Source: Bacteroidaceae bacterium
GTDB taxonomy: Bacteria > Bacillota > Clostridia > Oscillospirales > Oscillospiraceae
DNA: 45,026 bases
Direction: 5' to 3'
Assembly (NCBI GenBank): GCA_963621955.1
Contig: CAVFGM010000017.1
Coordinates: 1-45,026 of the forward strand
Below, in pieces: positions 25,309 through 34,800 of this stretch. The notes under the pieces were generated by a model that worked only from the letters and a program-made list of their open reading frames with translations, made no database searches and was not told where the DNA came from. Each line of letters begins with the position of its first letter. Position 1 is the first letter of the stretch. The translations under genes were made by a program, and so were the position numbers.

Positions 25309-26590
25309 ATACCCCGAGATCGGCGAAAAGCTTTACAGCACGGTGCTCCCTAACGGGCTTGAGATAAGGGTGATACCGAAGAAGGACTTCTCCACCTGCT
25401 ATGCCGCGTTCATGACAAATTACGGCGGGGCGCACCGCCGCTTCACGATAGACGGGCGCACGATCGATACCCCCGCGGGCGTCGCGCACTACCTCGAGCA
25501 TAAGATGTTCGATCTGCCGAACGGGGATAACGCGCTGAGCATACTCTCGGCAAACGGAGCCGACCCCAACGCCTTTACCTCAAGCGGCGTGACCTGCTAT
25601 TACTTCCAGTGCACCGAGGGCTTTGAAGAGAACCTGCGGATGCTGCTGCACTTTGTATCGACCCCGTACTTCACGGATGAGACGGTCGCAAAGGAGCAGG
25701 GGATAATCGCGCAGGAGATACGCATGGGTGAGGATAACCCCGGCATGGTCGTCTACTATAACCTGCTTGGGCTGCTCTATGACCACCACCCGATACGCGA
25801 CCGCGTCGCCGGGACGGTGGAGAGCATTTCTCATATCACTGCGCAGACGCTTTACGACTGCCACCGTGTTTTCTATGCACCGTCGAACATGGTCCTCTGC
25901 GTGGAGGGCTGCGTCGACCCGGAGACCGTCGCGCGCATCGCGGAGGAGGAGCTGCCGAAGGAGCGCGCCGAGATCCCCACGGCGGACTTCGGCGAGAAAG
26001 AATCCATGCTGCCGCGCGAAAGGCTCTGCCGCGTGCAGGGCGAGGTCTCAGCGCCGCAGTTTTTCATTGGCGCGAAGCTCGACTGCGCCGGGCGCGGCGA
26101 AGCCGCGCTCCGGCAGCACCTTGTTGCCGCGCTGTGCCTGAGAATGCTCTGCGGCTCGTCCTCACCGTTTTACACGAGGCTCTACGCCGACGGGCTTCTC
26201 AGCGTGGACTTTGACTATGAGACGGACTTCTCCGCCGGTACGGGAACGGTCATTATCGGCGGCGAGAGCCGCGAACCGGAAAAAATACTCGAGGAGTTCT
26301 CCCGCGAGGTCGAGCGCATCGCAGCCGAGGGCTTTGATGCCGGGAGCTTCGAGCGCGCAAAGCGCGCCTCACTCGGCGCGAGACTGCGCGGGCTTGAGGA
26401 TTTTGACAATGTCTGCGTCTCGATGGCAATGGGGCTCCTCGACGGCTACTGCGCGCTCGACGCTTTCCGTCTGCTCGAATCGGTAACGGCAGAGGAGTGC
26501 CGCCGCTTTGCCGCGGAAAGCCTCTGCCGCGAGAGACTGGCGATGTCGATCATTGAGCCTAAAAGTACAAACACAACAGAAACAGAATAA
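25292..26590 (+). CDS. M16 family zinc peptidase (catalytic-type subunit)
   Basis: 432 aa. The inverted zinc motif HYLEH (HxxEH) lies near the N-terminus, with a downstream EQGIIAQEIRMGED block. Confidence 0.8.
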   Translation: MMKLHEYPEIGEKLYSTVLPNGLEIRVIPKKDFSTCYAAFMTNYGGAHRRFTIDGRTIDTPAGVAHYLEHKMFDLPNGDNALSILSANGADPNAFTSSGVTCYYFQCTEGFEENLRMLLHFVSTPYFTDETVAKEQGIIAQEIRMGEDNPGMVVYYNLLGLLYDHHPIRDRVAGTVESISHITAQTLYDCHRVFYAPSNMVLCVEGCVDPETVARIAEEELPKERAEIPTADFGEKESMLPRERLCRVQGEVSAPQFFIGAKLDCAGRGEAALRQHLVAALCLRMLCGSSSPFYTRLYADGLLSVDFDYETDFSAGTGTVIIGGESREPEKILEEFSREVERIAAEGFDAGSFERAKRASLGARLRGLEDFDNVCVSMAMGLLDGYCALDAFRLLESVTAEECRRFAAESLCRERLAMSIIEPKSTNTTETE

Positions 26591-26604
26591 GAAGGTAAAA
26601 AACT

Positions 26605-27534
26605 ATGCAGCCCCTTGTGCAGACCATCCAGCGTGATTCCGCGATAACTTTCCCGATGCTCGGGAACCTCACGATAAACCCGCCGTCCTACTTCACGGTG
26701 TTCGGCATGGATATATACTTCTACGGCGTCATCATCGGCCTCGGCTTCATCCTCGGTATACTCTACTGCTCGCACAACAGCCGCCGCTTCGGCATAGAGC
26801 AGGACAGCGTGTACGATGTGGTGATCTGGCTCATCCCGACGGCCATCATCGGCGCGCGGCTATACTATGTGCTCTTCCGGCTGGATTACTACGTCCAGCA
26901 CCCGAACGAGATATTCGCCATCCATAACGGCGGTCTTGCCATTTACGGCGGAGTCATCGCCGGGATCATCGCGATATGGCTCGTGTGCCGCAGGAAGAAG
27001 ATACCGCTCGGCGCGATGCTCGACCTGCTGTGCTACGGCCTGCTGATCGGCCAGATACTCGGCCGCTGGGGCAACTTTATGAACCGCGAGGCTTTTGGCG
27101 CGGAGACTGATATCTTCTGCCGCATGGGGCTTATCGCGCCTGATGGCAGCACGATATACGTTCACCCGACATTTCTTTACGAGAGCCTGTGGAACCTGTG
27201 CGTTCTGATCTTCCTCATCATTTTTGAGAGAAAGGGCAAGCGCAGGTACGACGGGCAGTGCATTACGCTCTATTTCCTGCTCTACGGCATAGGCCGCACG
27301 TGGATAGAGGGGCTGCGCACCGACAGCCTATATATCGGCGCAACTAACATACGTGTTTCGCAGGTGCTTTCAATAGCGCTTGTGATAATAGCTCTGGTGT
27401 ACCTCATCATTCAGGGACGCCGCGAGCACCCGCCGGAGAAGCTCTATGTCAATATGCGCGCGGCGCAGGAGACAACGGAACCGAATGGCGGCGAGGAACA
27501 GACAGAAGCAGACAACGAAACGGAGGAAAAATAA
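26605..27534 (+). CDS. lgt: prolipoprotein diacylglyceryl transferase
   Basis: 309 aa. GARLYYVLF, IHNGGLAIYGGVIAG and GRWGNFMNREAFG are Lgt signature blocks. There is an acidic C-terminal extension. Confidence 0.9.
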   Translation: MQPLVQTIQRDSAITFPMLGNLTINPPSYFTVFGMDIYFYGVIIGLGFILGILYCSHNSRRFGIEQDSVYDVVIWLIPTAIIGARLYYVLFRLDYYVQHPNEIFAIHNGGLAIYGGVIAGIIAIWLVCRRKKIPLGAMLDLLCYGLLIGQILGRWGNFMNREAFGAETDIFCRMGLIAPDGSTIYVHPTFLYESLWNLCVLIFLIIFERKGKRRYDGQCITLYFLLYGIGRTWIEGLRTDSLYIGATNIRVSQVLSIALVIIALVYLIIQGRREHPPEKLYVNMRAAQETTEPNGGEEQTEADNETEEK

Positions 27535-27535
27535 C

Positions 27536-28009
27536 ATGGCAGATTATAAGGACATCATCACCGGCACTCTCAGCAATATCGTCGGCAAGGTCAAGGAAGT
27601 CGCGGACAGCGGCGCTATCAAGGACATATACGAGCACGGCGCGAACCGCGCAAAGTCCTATGGCCAGATGGCAAAGCTCTCTCTCGAGATAAACGGCGAC
27701 TCCGAGGAGCTCAAGCGCGTCTACGCCGAGATCGGCCGCCTGTACTATGACCAGGCGAAGGACGCTCCCGAGGGCTTCTTTGCGCCCCTGTTCGAGCAGG
27801 CCGCCGCGCTCATCGAGAGCATCAACTCAAAGCAGGCGCAGATCCAGACAATGAAGGACGAGTTCGCCGCCGAGACCGCTCCCGCAGAGGATGCGGACTT
27901 TGAGTCCGTCGTCGACGCCACCGAGGACGACGGCACCGCAGCCGACGACGAGGACGGCATCGAGATAGAGATCACCGTCGAGAAAGACGACGACAACAAG
28001 GAAGAATAA
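27536..28009 (+). CDS. hypothetical acidic protein
   Basis: 157 aa from ATG 27536 (GGAGGAAAA RBS), starting 1 nt after the lgt stop. Predicted helical N-half and a D/E-rich tail. No family recognised. Confidence 0.55.
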   Translation: MADYKDIITGTLSNIVGKVKEVADSGAIKDIYEHGANRAKSYGQMAKLSLEINGDSEELKRVYAEIGRLYYDQAKDAPEGFFAPLFEQAAALIESINSKQAQIQTMKDEFAAETAPAEDADFESVVDATEDDGTAADDEDGIEIEITVEKDDDNKEE

Positions 28010-28023
28010 TCGATAATTTAGCT

Positions 28024-28049
28024 AAAGGGCACGCCGCGGCGTGCCCTTT
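28024..28049 (+). terminator. intrinsic terminator (copy 1 of a near-identical hairpin pair)
   Basis: AAAGGGCACGCCGCGGCGTGCCCTTT. It matches 34802-34827 at 25 of 26 positions. Confidence 0.75.
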
Positions 28050-28172
28050 AGCTTTGCATATACTGAATGCAGCATTCATATTTTGCATGATTCATACTTG
28101 AAATCAGGCTGAGAATGTGGTTTAATATATAGGCAGAGAGAACCAGAATATATATCGTAAGGAGTAATAGCA

Positions 28173-28628
28173 ATGGTAATAGACACGTTAGCTCAGCTTG
28201 AAAGCTATGCGGCGCTTGACGCGCGTTTTGGCGAAACGGCAAAGTTCATTGAAAAATGCCGCACCGAAAATCTTCCCGCCGGGAGATACGAACTGGACGG
28301 AGACAGGCTTTATGCAATGGTCATGGACTATGTTCCCGAAGAAAAGGCCGAACCGCTCTACGAAACGCACGATAAGTACGTGGACATTCAGTGCATGCTT
28401 GAGGGCAGCGAATACCAGTGGTATGCTCCGCGCGGAGAGCTTAAAGAGAAAATCGCCTACAATACCGAAAAGGACATCAGCTTCTATGAATTCAGCGGCA
28501 GCGGCAGCAGGCTGCATCTCACAGAGGGGAGCTTTGCGGTCTACTTCCCGCAGGACGGGCATCTTCCCGGTATGGCCGACGGCAGCTGCGGGAAATGCAG
28601 AAGGATCGTGGTGAAATTGAAATGGTAA
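28173..28628 (+). CDS. YhcH/YjgK/YiaL (DUF386) family protein
   Basis: 151 aa. GRYELDGDRLYAMV ... HDKYVDIQCMLEGSE ... FAVYFPQDGHLPG ... RRIVVKL is the cupin-like YhcH pattern. This family is commonly found in sugar-acid clusters. Confidence 0.75.
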   Translation: MVIDTLAQLESYAALDARFGETAKFIEKCRTENLPAGRYELDGDRLYAMVMDYVPEEKAEPLYETHDKYVDIQCMLEGSEYQWYAPRGELKEKIAYNTEKDISFYEFSGSGSRLHLTEGSFAVYFPQDGHLPGMADGSCGKCRRIVVKLKW

Positions 28629-29407
28629 GCTCTGCCGCAAAGGAAACGACCGGCCTTACCCTGAGCCTGTGCAAGGCTTTTGATATACTGAGCTGCTTTA
28701 CGCCGGAAACGCCAGCGCTGCGCGTGACCGACATTACCAAAAGGATCGACATGACGCAGAGCAATGTCTCCAGGCTCGTCGCAACGATGACGGCCTACGG
28801 CTACCTGGAGAAGGATGAGGATTCGGGCTACTATCAGCTCGGCAAGCAGATCATAACGCTCTCGTCGGTCGCGCTGAACCACAGCGAGCTGCGCAAGCAG
28901 GCGCTGCCGGAGCTGTTCCTGCTCGAACAGCAGTTCGGCGTCGGGGCAAACCTCGCCGTGCTGTATGATGACAGCATGTACTATCTTGCCCATGTTGACA
29001 GCCGGACCTCGCCGAGAATGTACACCATGGTCGGATATTCAAATCCGCTGCACTGCACGGCGATAGGCAAGGTGCTCCTTGCTGCGATGACCAATGATGA
29101 GATCATGGACATCATCGGCAGAAAGGGAATGAAAGCCTATACATACAACACAGTCACGTCCCCGGAGGTCCTGATGGAGCAGATCGACAGGTGCCGCCGC
29201 CTCGGATACAGCACGGAGTACGGCGAGCACGCCTTGGGCAGCGCCTGTGTCGCCGCGCCGATACGCGACCGCACCGGCAAGGTGATCGCCGGGCTGAGCC
29301 TTTCAGGAAAGTTCCGCGGCAGCAGCATCCAGGAACACGAGGAGGAAGTCTCATCTATCGCGATGGAATCCGCCGCGCTCATTTCCAACAAGCTGGGCTG
29401 CCTTTGA
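28622..29407 (+). CDS. IclR family transcriptional regulator
   Basis: N-terminal wHTH (LCKAFDILSCF...LRVTDITKRIDMTQSNVSRLV) and a C-terminal IclR effector domain. The ATG at 28622 overlaps the yhcH stop. Confidence 0.85.
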   Translation: MVSSAAKETTGLTLSLCKAFDILSCFTPETPALRVTDITKRIDMTQSNVSRLVATMTAYGYLEKDEDSGYYQLGKQIITLSSVALNHSELRKQALPELFLLEQQFGVGANLAVLYDDSMYYLAHVDSRTSPRMYTMVGYSNPLHCTAIGKVLLAAMTNDEIMDIIGRKGMKAYTYNTVTSPEVLMEQIDRCRRLGYSTEYGEHALGSACVAAPIRDRTGKVIAGLSLSGKFRGSSIQEHEEEVSSIAMESAALISNKLGCL

Positions 29408-29418
29408 TTTTAATATGT

Positions 29419-29455
29419 ACAGGGAGCTGCCGGACAGGCAGCTCCCTGTTTCTTT
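29419..29455 (+). terminator. intrinsic terminator after iclR
   Basis: 13-bp stem ACAGGGAGCTGCC / GGCAGCTCCCTGT (29419-29431 / 29437-29449), followed by TTCTTT. Confidence 0.75.
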
Positions 29456-29559
29456 GCATGAAATTTGCGGCGCGACGATCAAGTTGCACAAAATTCCACG
29501 TCCGTCTTTTATACTTCATCTAATTATTTCGGGTTTCTCATCTATTTTCTAAATGAGTA

Positions 29560-29601
29560 TTGCAAAATATGAATCACAGGCCTATAATGCAGATACTGAA
29601 T
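29560..29601 (+). promoter_or_regulatory. candidate promoter of the TAXI-TRAP operon overlapped by two copies of a 14-nt operator-like motif
   Basis: TTGCAA (29560-29565), 17-nt spacer, TATAAT (29583-29588). TGCAAAATATGAAT (29561-29574) covers the -35. TGCAGATACTGAAT (29588-29601) covers the -10/+1. Confidence 0.5.
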
Positions 29602-29633
29602 TCGCTTCAGATAAAATCCATAGGAGGATCCAA

Positions 29634-30686
29634 ATGAAAAAAACATTAGCAGTAATTCTTTGCGTATGCATGATGCTGGCGCTCTTCGCCGGATGCGGCG
29701 AGTCGGCAAGCACCCAGCAGCCGGCCGCAGCTCAGACCGAAGCTCCCGCGGAGCCGGCCGATGAGAATGCACTTCCCGAACAGTACGACCTGATAATGAC
29801 CTTCGGCGCCGAGACCGGCTCCGTCTATGCAATGGGCATTCAGATCGGCGAGTACATCAACTCCATCGCTCCCGACATCACCTGCACTGTCAAGGTCGGC
29901 GCGGCGGCATCGAACCTCGCACTGCTCAGCACCGGCGAGACCGTCATTGCCCACTCCCAGTCCGACACCATCCATGAAGCCATCGTCGGCGAAGGCAACT
30001 TCACTGAGCCCGTCACCGGCATTTACGGCGTCGCTTCCGTTATGGAATCTGTTCTCCACGTCGCAGTCCCCGCGGATGCTCCCATCAACTCCTTCAAGGA
30101 TATCGTTGACCAGAAGTACCCCATCAAGGTCTCTGTCGGTGCTCAGGGCAGCGGCATTGAGTCCCTGTTCCGCAAGGTCCTCGCATACTACGGCGCAAGC
30201 TATGATGATATCGCTGCATGGGGCGGCAAGGTAGAGTACCTCAACATCGGCGATGCGTCCACACTCTTCACCGACGGCCAGCTCAACGCGGTTTCCGTTC
30301 TCGCCGGTATGCCTTATTCCGGCATCTCCGAGATCGCAGCCTCTAAGGACATCAAGCTCCTCAACCTTGAGCAGGAGGCAGTCGACGCTCTCTCGAGCCA
30401 GGGCTACCTCGCAAAGACCATCCCCGCCGGTACCTACACCGGTCAGGATTCTGACGTGAGCACGGTCGGCGTTGTGATCACCGTCTGCGCAAGCGCGGAT
30501 GCAAACGAGGCAGTTGTGTATGAGATCACCAAGTTCCTCAATTCCGAAGAGGGCATCTCTATTCTCGGCAATGTCAACTCCGGTTTTGCAAACTACATGA
30601 CCGGCCCCGAGAGCGGCATTGCAGGCATCGAACTTGAGCTCCACCCCGGCGCGGCACGCTACTACAAGGAAGCCGGCGTCGCCTGA
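29634..30686 (+). CDS. TAXI-family TRAP transporter solute-binding lipoprotein
   Basis: MKKTLAVILCVCMMLALFAGCGES gives a signal peptide plus lipobox. The C-terminal LHPGAARYYKEAG is the typical TAXI ending. AGGAGG RBS. The track ORF start (29553) is rejected. Confidence 0.8.
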   Translation: MKKTLAVILCVCMMLALFAGCGESASTQQPAAAQTEAPAEPADENALPEQYDLIMTFGAETGSVYAMGIQIGEYINSIAPDITCTVKVGAAASNLALLSTGETVIAHSQSDTIHEAIVGEGNFTEPVTGIYGVASVMESVLHVAVPADAPINSFKDIVDQKYPIKVSVGAQGSGIESLFRKVLAYYGASYDDIAAWGGKVEYLNIGDASTLFTDGQLNAVSVLAGMPYSGISEIAASKDIKLLNLEQEAVDALSSQGYLAKTIPAGTYTGQDSDVSTVGVVITVCASADANEAVVYEITKFLNSEEGISILGNVNSGFANYMTGPESGIAGIELELHPGAARYYKEAGVA

Positions 30687-30707
30687 TAGCAAGAGCAGAC
30701 TAACGGC

Positions 30708-30738
30708 GCGGAGCTGCATATTATTTATGCAGCTCCGC
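30708..30738 (+). promoter_or_regulatory. intercistronic stem-loop between the binding-protein and permease genes
   Basis: 12-bp perfect stem GCGGAGCTGCAT / ATGCAGCTCCGC with a 7-nt loop and no T-run. This is the usual position for an mRNA-stabilising or partial-termination hairpin that raises SBP:permease stoichiometry. Confidence 0.55.
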
Positions 30739-30762
30739 ACATGCTTATGAAAGGAATTGCCA

Positions 30763-32685
30763 ATGTCAAAGTCTACAAAGCTCGATAATAAGAAGTCGCT
30801 GGCCGATATCACCGCAAAGATAATATTCGTTATCGGCCTTGTCGCTTCCTGCTTCCATCTCTATGTTTCTGCGACCGGTATTCTGGAAGCCTATAAAATG
30901 CGCACCACGCATCTGATGTTCCTGCTCCCGCTGGCTTTTCTCATATACCCGATGCGCAAAAAGGGACGTTTTTCAAAGATAGGCGTTATCGATTATATCT
31001 GGTTCGTCCTCACGCTGGCTGCAATGATATACATCAGCCAGGTATCCTACTCGCGCCTTATCGCGCGCATACCCTTTGTGTCACCGCTCACCACGCTTGA
31101 CTATGTTGTCGCGGTGTTTATAGTTATCGCCGTTCTGGAGGCGACGCGGCGTGTCGCCGGTATGGGCATGGTCATCGTCTGCCTTGTCGCCATTGCGTAT
31201 GCGTTCTTCGGCAAATACCTGCACGGCAAGATCCGCCACACCGGAACGACCGTAAAGCGCATGGCCGAGCAGATGAGCCTGAGCACCAACGGCATTTTCG
31301 GCTCAACCGTTGCGGCGTCCGCAACATTCATTTTCATGTTCACGCTCTTCGGAGAATTCCTTGAGTATTCCGGCGCGGGACAGTTCTTCATCGATCTTGC
31401 CTTTTCGCTCACCGGCAAGGCAAGGGGCGGTCCGGCAAAGATGGCGGTCATCGCCAGCGGCCTTATGGGCATGATCTCCGGCAGTTCGACCGCGAACGTC
31501 ACCTCCACCGGCGTGTACACCATCCCGCTTATGAAAAAGACCGGCTACCGTTCCGAGTTTGCCGGTGCGGTCGAGGCCTCCGCATCCACCGGCGGGCAGA
31601 TAATGCCGCCTGTCATGGGAGCCGCCTCGTTCCTGCTTGCGGAATACGTCGGCATTCCGTACATAGAGCTCTGCGCCGCGGCTGCGATACCTGCGATCCT
31701 CTACTATGTCGCGATCTTTACTGCGGTGCATTTTGAAGCGGTGCGCACCGGACTCAAGGGCGCGGCTCCGGATGAGAACGCAAAGTCCTGGCAGTGGCTC
31801 CTGCTGCATAAGGGCTATCTCTCCGCGCCTATATTTGTGATACTCATCACGATGATCCTCGGCTTCTCGGCATACAAAGCGGCGCTCTACGGCATCCTCT
31901 CGATCGTCATCATCATGTTCGCGGAAAAGCGCGGGAGGATCGACTGGCGTGCGCTCGTCAGAACGCTTGCCCGCGGCGGCCGGAATGCTGTTCTTATCGC
32001 AGTCACCTGCGCGGCGGCCGGCATCGTCATAGGCGTTTCCAACGAGACGGGCATAGGCGTCAAGTTTGCCAGCATCATAATAAGCCTCGGCCACAATAAT
32101 CTGTACCTGATACTCCCGATGGTAATGTTGGCCTCCATCGTGCTCGGCATGGGGCTTCCGACAAGTGCATGCTATATCATGGTTGCGGCGATCGCCGTAC
32201 CGGCGCTTATAAAAATGGGCTGCAACACGATGGCCAGCCACATGTTCGCGCTGTATTTCGGCGTGTTCTCCGGAATTACGCCGCCTGTCGCGATCTCCGC
32301 ATATGCGGCGGCAGGACTTGCAAAGTCACCTCCGATGAAGACCGGATGGCTCGCGGTCGGACTTTCACTGCCCGCGTTCATCATCCCGTATTCGTTTATC
32401 TTCAACCCCTCGCTGATCCTTGAGGGAACCATCGCCGGCACGGTATGGGTGATCTTCCAGTGCATAGTGGGTATCTTCGGCATGGCTTCCGGCGTTATCG
32501 GCTGCGCGTTCAGACCGGTCGCCGTATGGGAGCGCATAGTGCTCGTTGTGCTCTCCGCGTTCATGGTTGTATCCCCGAACGTCATCGCCTCCGTGGTCTG
32601 CATGGTCATTGTCGGCGGCCTGCTCATCACGAACAGGATCCGCGCCAAGGATTGGACGGCACCTGAGAAAGGAGCGGTAGTCTGA
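30763..32685 (+). CDS. TRAP transporter fused (small+large) permease, TAXI-associated type
   Basis: About 640 aa and highly polytopic. It follows the TAXI SBP. ATG 30763 has AAAGGAA upstream; the track start at 30757 is a TTG. Confidence 0.8.
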   Translation: MSKSTKLDNKKSLADITAKIIFVIGLVASCFHLYVSATGILEAYKMRTTHLMFLLPLAFLIYPMRKKGRFSKIGVIDYIWFVLTLAAMIYISQVSYSRLIARIPFVSPLTTLDYVVAVFIVIAVLEATRRVAGMGMVIVCLVAIAYAFFGKYLHGKIRHTGTTVKRMAEQMSLSTNGIFGSTVAASATFIFMFTLFGEFLEYSGAGQFFIDLAFSLTGKARGGPAKMAVIASGLMGMISGSSTANVTSTGVYTIPLMKKTGYRSEFAGAVEASASTGGQIMPPVMGAASFLLAEYVGIPYIELCAAAAIPAILYYVAIFTAVHFEAVRTGLKGAAPDENAKSWQWLLLHKGYLSAPIFVILITMILGFSAYKAALYGILSIVIIMFAEKRGRIDWRALVRTLARGGRNAVLIAVTCAAAGIVIGVSNETGIGVKFASIIISLGHNNLYLILPMVMLASIVLGMGLPTSACYIMVAAIAVPALIKMGCNTMASHMFALYFGVFSGITPPVAISAYAAAGLAKSPPMKTGWLAVGLSLPAFIIPYSFIFNPSLILEGTIAGTVWVIFQCIVGIFGMASGVIGCAFRPVAVWERIVLVVLSAFMVVSPNVIASVVCMVIVGGLLITNRIRAKDWTAPEKGAVV

Positions 32686-33851
32686 TGCAGATAGAGAAAA
32701 TAGAAGTATTCCCGATAAAGATAAAGAAGGATCATGTATATCTCGGCAGCAGCTCCGGTCTGGATACGGACTATGATTATTACTTGCGCCCGGAGTACAG
32801 GTGCCCGTATTCCAAAAATATGGAGACGCTGCTTGTCAAGGTGACGTGCAGCGGCGGCATAAGCGGCTGGGGCGAAGCCCTCGCGCCGGTACTGCCGGAT
32901 GTGGCCGGGCGCATAATCAGCGAGCTGTTCACGCCCGTCCTGCTCGGGCGCGACCCGCTCGACCGCGGCGTCATATGGAACATGCTCTACGGGCTCATGC
33001 GCGACCGCGGCTATTACAGCGGCTTCATGGTGGACGCCATATCGGCGGTGGACTGTGCCCTGTGGGACATCGCGGGAAAGCATTTCGGCGTGCCGGTGTA
33101 TAAGCTCTTGGGCGGCGCGTACCGCACGGAGATACCGGCCTATATATCCGGTCTTCCGGTAGCGGGGCTTGATGAAAAGGTCGCGCTTGCGCTGAGCTGG
33201 AAAGAGAAGGGCTTCAAGGCCATAAAGCTCCAGATAGGCTACGGAATGGACGAGGACATCAGGATAATGCGCGCGCTGCGCGAGGCGCTGGGTGCGGACT
33301 TCAAGCTGATGATAGATGCGCACTGGAACTACACGGTGGCTCAGGCTGTCAAGCTTGCGCACAGGCTCGAAGAGCTGGACGTGGAATTTCTCGAATGCCC
33401 GCTCGATCCGGAAAACCTTGCCGGTTACAGCGAGCTTGCTGCAGCTGTCAGCATCCCCGTCACCCTCGGCGAGGCGGACAGAACGCACTGGCGCTACAAG
33501 GATATTCTCGACCGGAACAGCTGCGACATTGTCCAGCCCGATGTGGGGCGCTGCGGCATAAGCGAGCTTATGCGCATATCGGAGCTTGCCGAGCTTTACG
33601 GCAAGCCTGTCGCTCCGCATCTGAGCGTCGGTCAGGCAGGATGCATTGCGGCTACTCTGCACTGTGACGCGGCTATATACAACTTCTATGGGATGCAGGA
33701 ATACCAGCCCAGCATCCTCCCGGTAGCAAACGAATTCCTTGTCGATCCGATAAAGTGCGAAAACGGCGCGTTCTCTATCCCGGAGGGCGCAGGCCTCGGC
33801 ATAGAATTCGACGAAGACAAAGTCAGGTATTATTCATCTGAGAACAAGTGA
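32685..33851 (+). CDS. enolase-superfamily (mandelate racemase/muconate lactonizing enzyme family) acid-sugar dehydratase-like enzyme
   Basis: 388 aa. N-terminal capping domain. Barrel motifs: KAIKLQIG, metal-ligand-like MIDAHW / FLECP / LGEAD, then DIVQPDVGRCGI and APH. The ATG overlaps the permease stop (TGATG). Confidence 0.75.
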   Translation: MQIEKIEVFPIKIKKDHVYLGSSSGLDTDYDYYLRPEYRCPYSKNMETLLVKVTCSGGISGWGEALAPVLPDVAGRIISELFTPVLLGRDPLDRGVIWNMLYGLMRDRGYYSGFMVDAISAVDCALWDIAGKHFGVPVYKLLGGAYRTEIPAYISGLPVAGLDEKVALALSWKEKGFKAIKLQIGYGMDEDIRIMRALREALGADFKLMIDAHWNYTVAQAVKLAHRLEELDVEFLECPLDPENLAGYSELAAAVSIPVTLGEADRTHWRYKDILDRNSCDIVQPDVGRCGISELMRISELAELYGKPVAPHLSVGQAGCIAATLHCDAAIYNFYGMQEYQPSILPVANEFLVDPIKCENGAFSIPEGAGLGIEFDEDKVRYYSSENK

Positions 33852-33862
33852 AAGGCAAAAAA

Positions 33863-34789
33863 ATGCAGAATATAAATGAGCGGCTGTCCGGCGTATGCCC
33901 GATCCTCCCGACCCCGTTTTGCGAGGACGACACCATCGACTGCGGCAGCCTGGAGCGTGAAGTAAACTTTCTCCTCGATTCCGGGGTCAGCGGCATTGCT
34001 CTCTTCGGCAACGCAAGCGAAGCTTTTGCCCTCACCGCGGCTGAAAAGCAGCAGATCGCAGAGCTTGTCGTGCGCGTAAACAACGGACGCGTACCGCTGG
34101 TTTTCGGCGCGGGCGGCACGGGCATAGAGCCTGCGATCGACAGCGCACAGTGGGCTTACAAAAACGGCGCGGATGTGCTCATGATGATGCCGCCGTACAT
34201 GATAAAGCCCGACGCACAGCGCATATATGATTATTACGCCGCTGTCGCAAAGGCTGTGCCGCTGCCGATAATGATCCAGGATGCGCCCGGTGCCTGCGGC
34301 GTCAATATCCCGATAGACACCATCGTGCGTCTTGTGAACGACTATGACAATATCCGCTTTGTGAAGGCCGAAGCCCCTCCCACTTTCCAGAAAGCAAAGA
34401 AAATAATCGAGGCGACGGGCGGAAAGGTCACCGTATTCGGCGGACTGAACGCGACCTTCTTCTATGAGGAGCTGTGCTCCGGCGTTGTCGGTACGATGCC
34501 GGCCGGTGAGTTCCCGGATGTGCTTGTCAGGGTATATGAGCTGTATACCTCCGGCCGGCACGAGCAGGCGCGCGAGGAGTTCTACCGGTATCTGCCGTTC
34601 ATACGTCTGGGCTCTGTGCCGGGCGGAATGGCGATGGCCGTGCATAAGGAGGTCCTGGTAAAGGGCGGCATATTCCGCACCGCCAAGGTGCGCAACCCCT
34701 ATGTCCCCGCCTCTCCTGAGCTTCTGGAGCTGGTCTGGCAGGCACTCGAAACGCGCCCGCTCAAGGCGCTTGAATACGCAAAAGCATAA
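33863..34789 (+). CDS. dihydrodipicolinate synthase/N-acetylneuraminate lyase family aldolase
   Basis: PILPTPF ... GIALFGNASE ... a Schiff-base-Lys context FVKAEA. Start chosen at ATG 33863 (GAAAGG RBS). The track GTG at 33848 overlaps the upstream stop. Confidence 0.75.
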   Translation: MQNINERLSGVCPILPTPFCEDDTIDCGSLEREVNFLLDSGVSGIALFGNASEAFALTAAEKQQIAELVVRVNNGRVPLVFGAGGTGIEPAIDSAQWAYKNGADVLMMMPPYMIKPDAQRIYDYYAAVAKAVPLPIMIQDAPGACGVNIPIDTIVRLVNDYDNIRFVKAEAPPTFQKAKKIIEATGGKVTVFGGLNATFFYEELCSGVVGTMPAGEFPDVLVRVYELYTSGRHEQAREEFYRYLPFIRLGSVPGGMAMAVHKEVLVKGGIFRTAKVRNPYVPASPELLELVWQALETRPLKALEYAKA

Positions 34790-34800
34790 ATGAACACATT

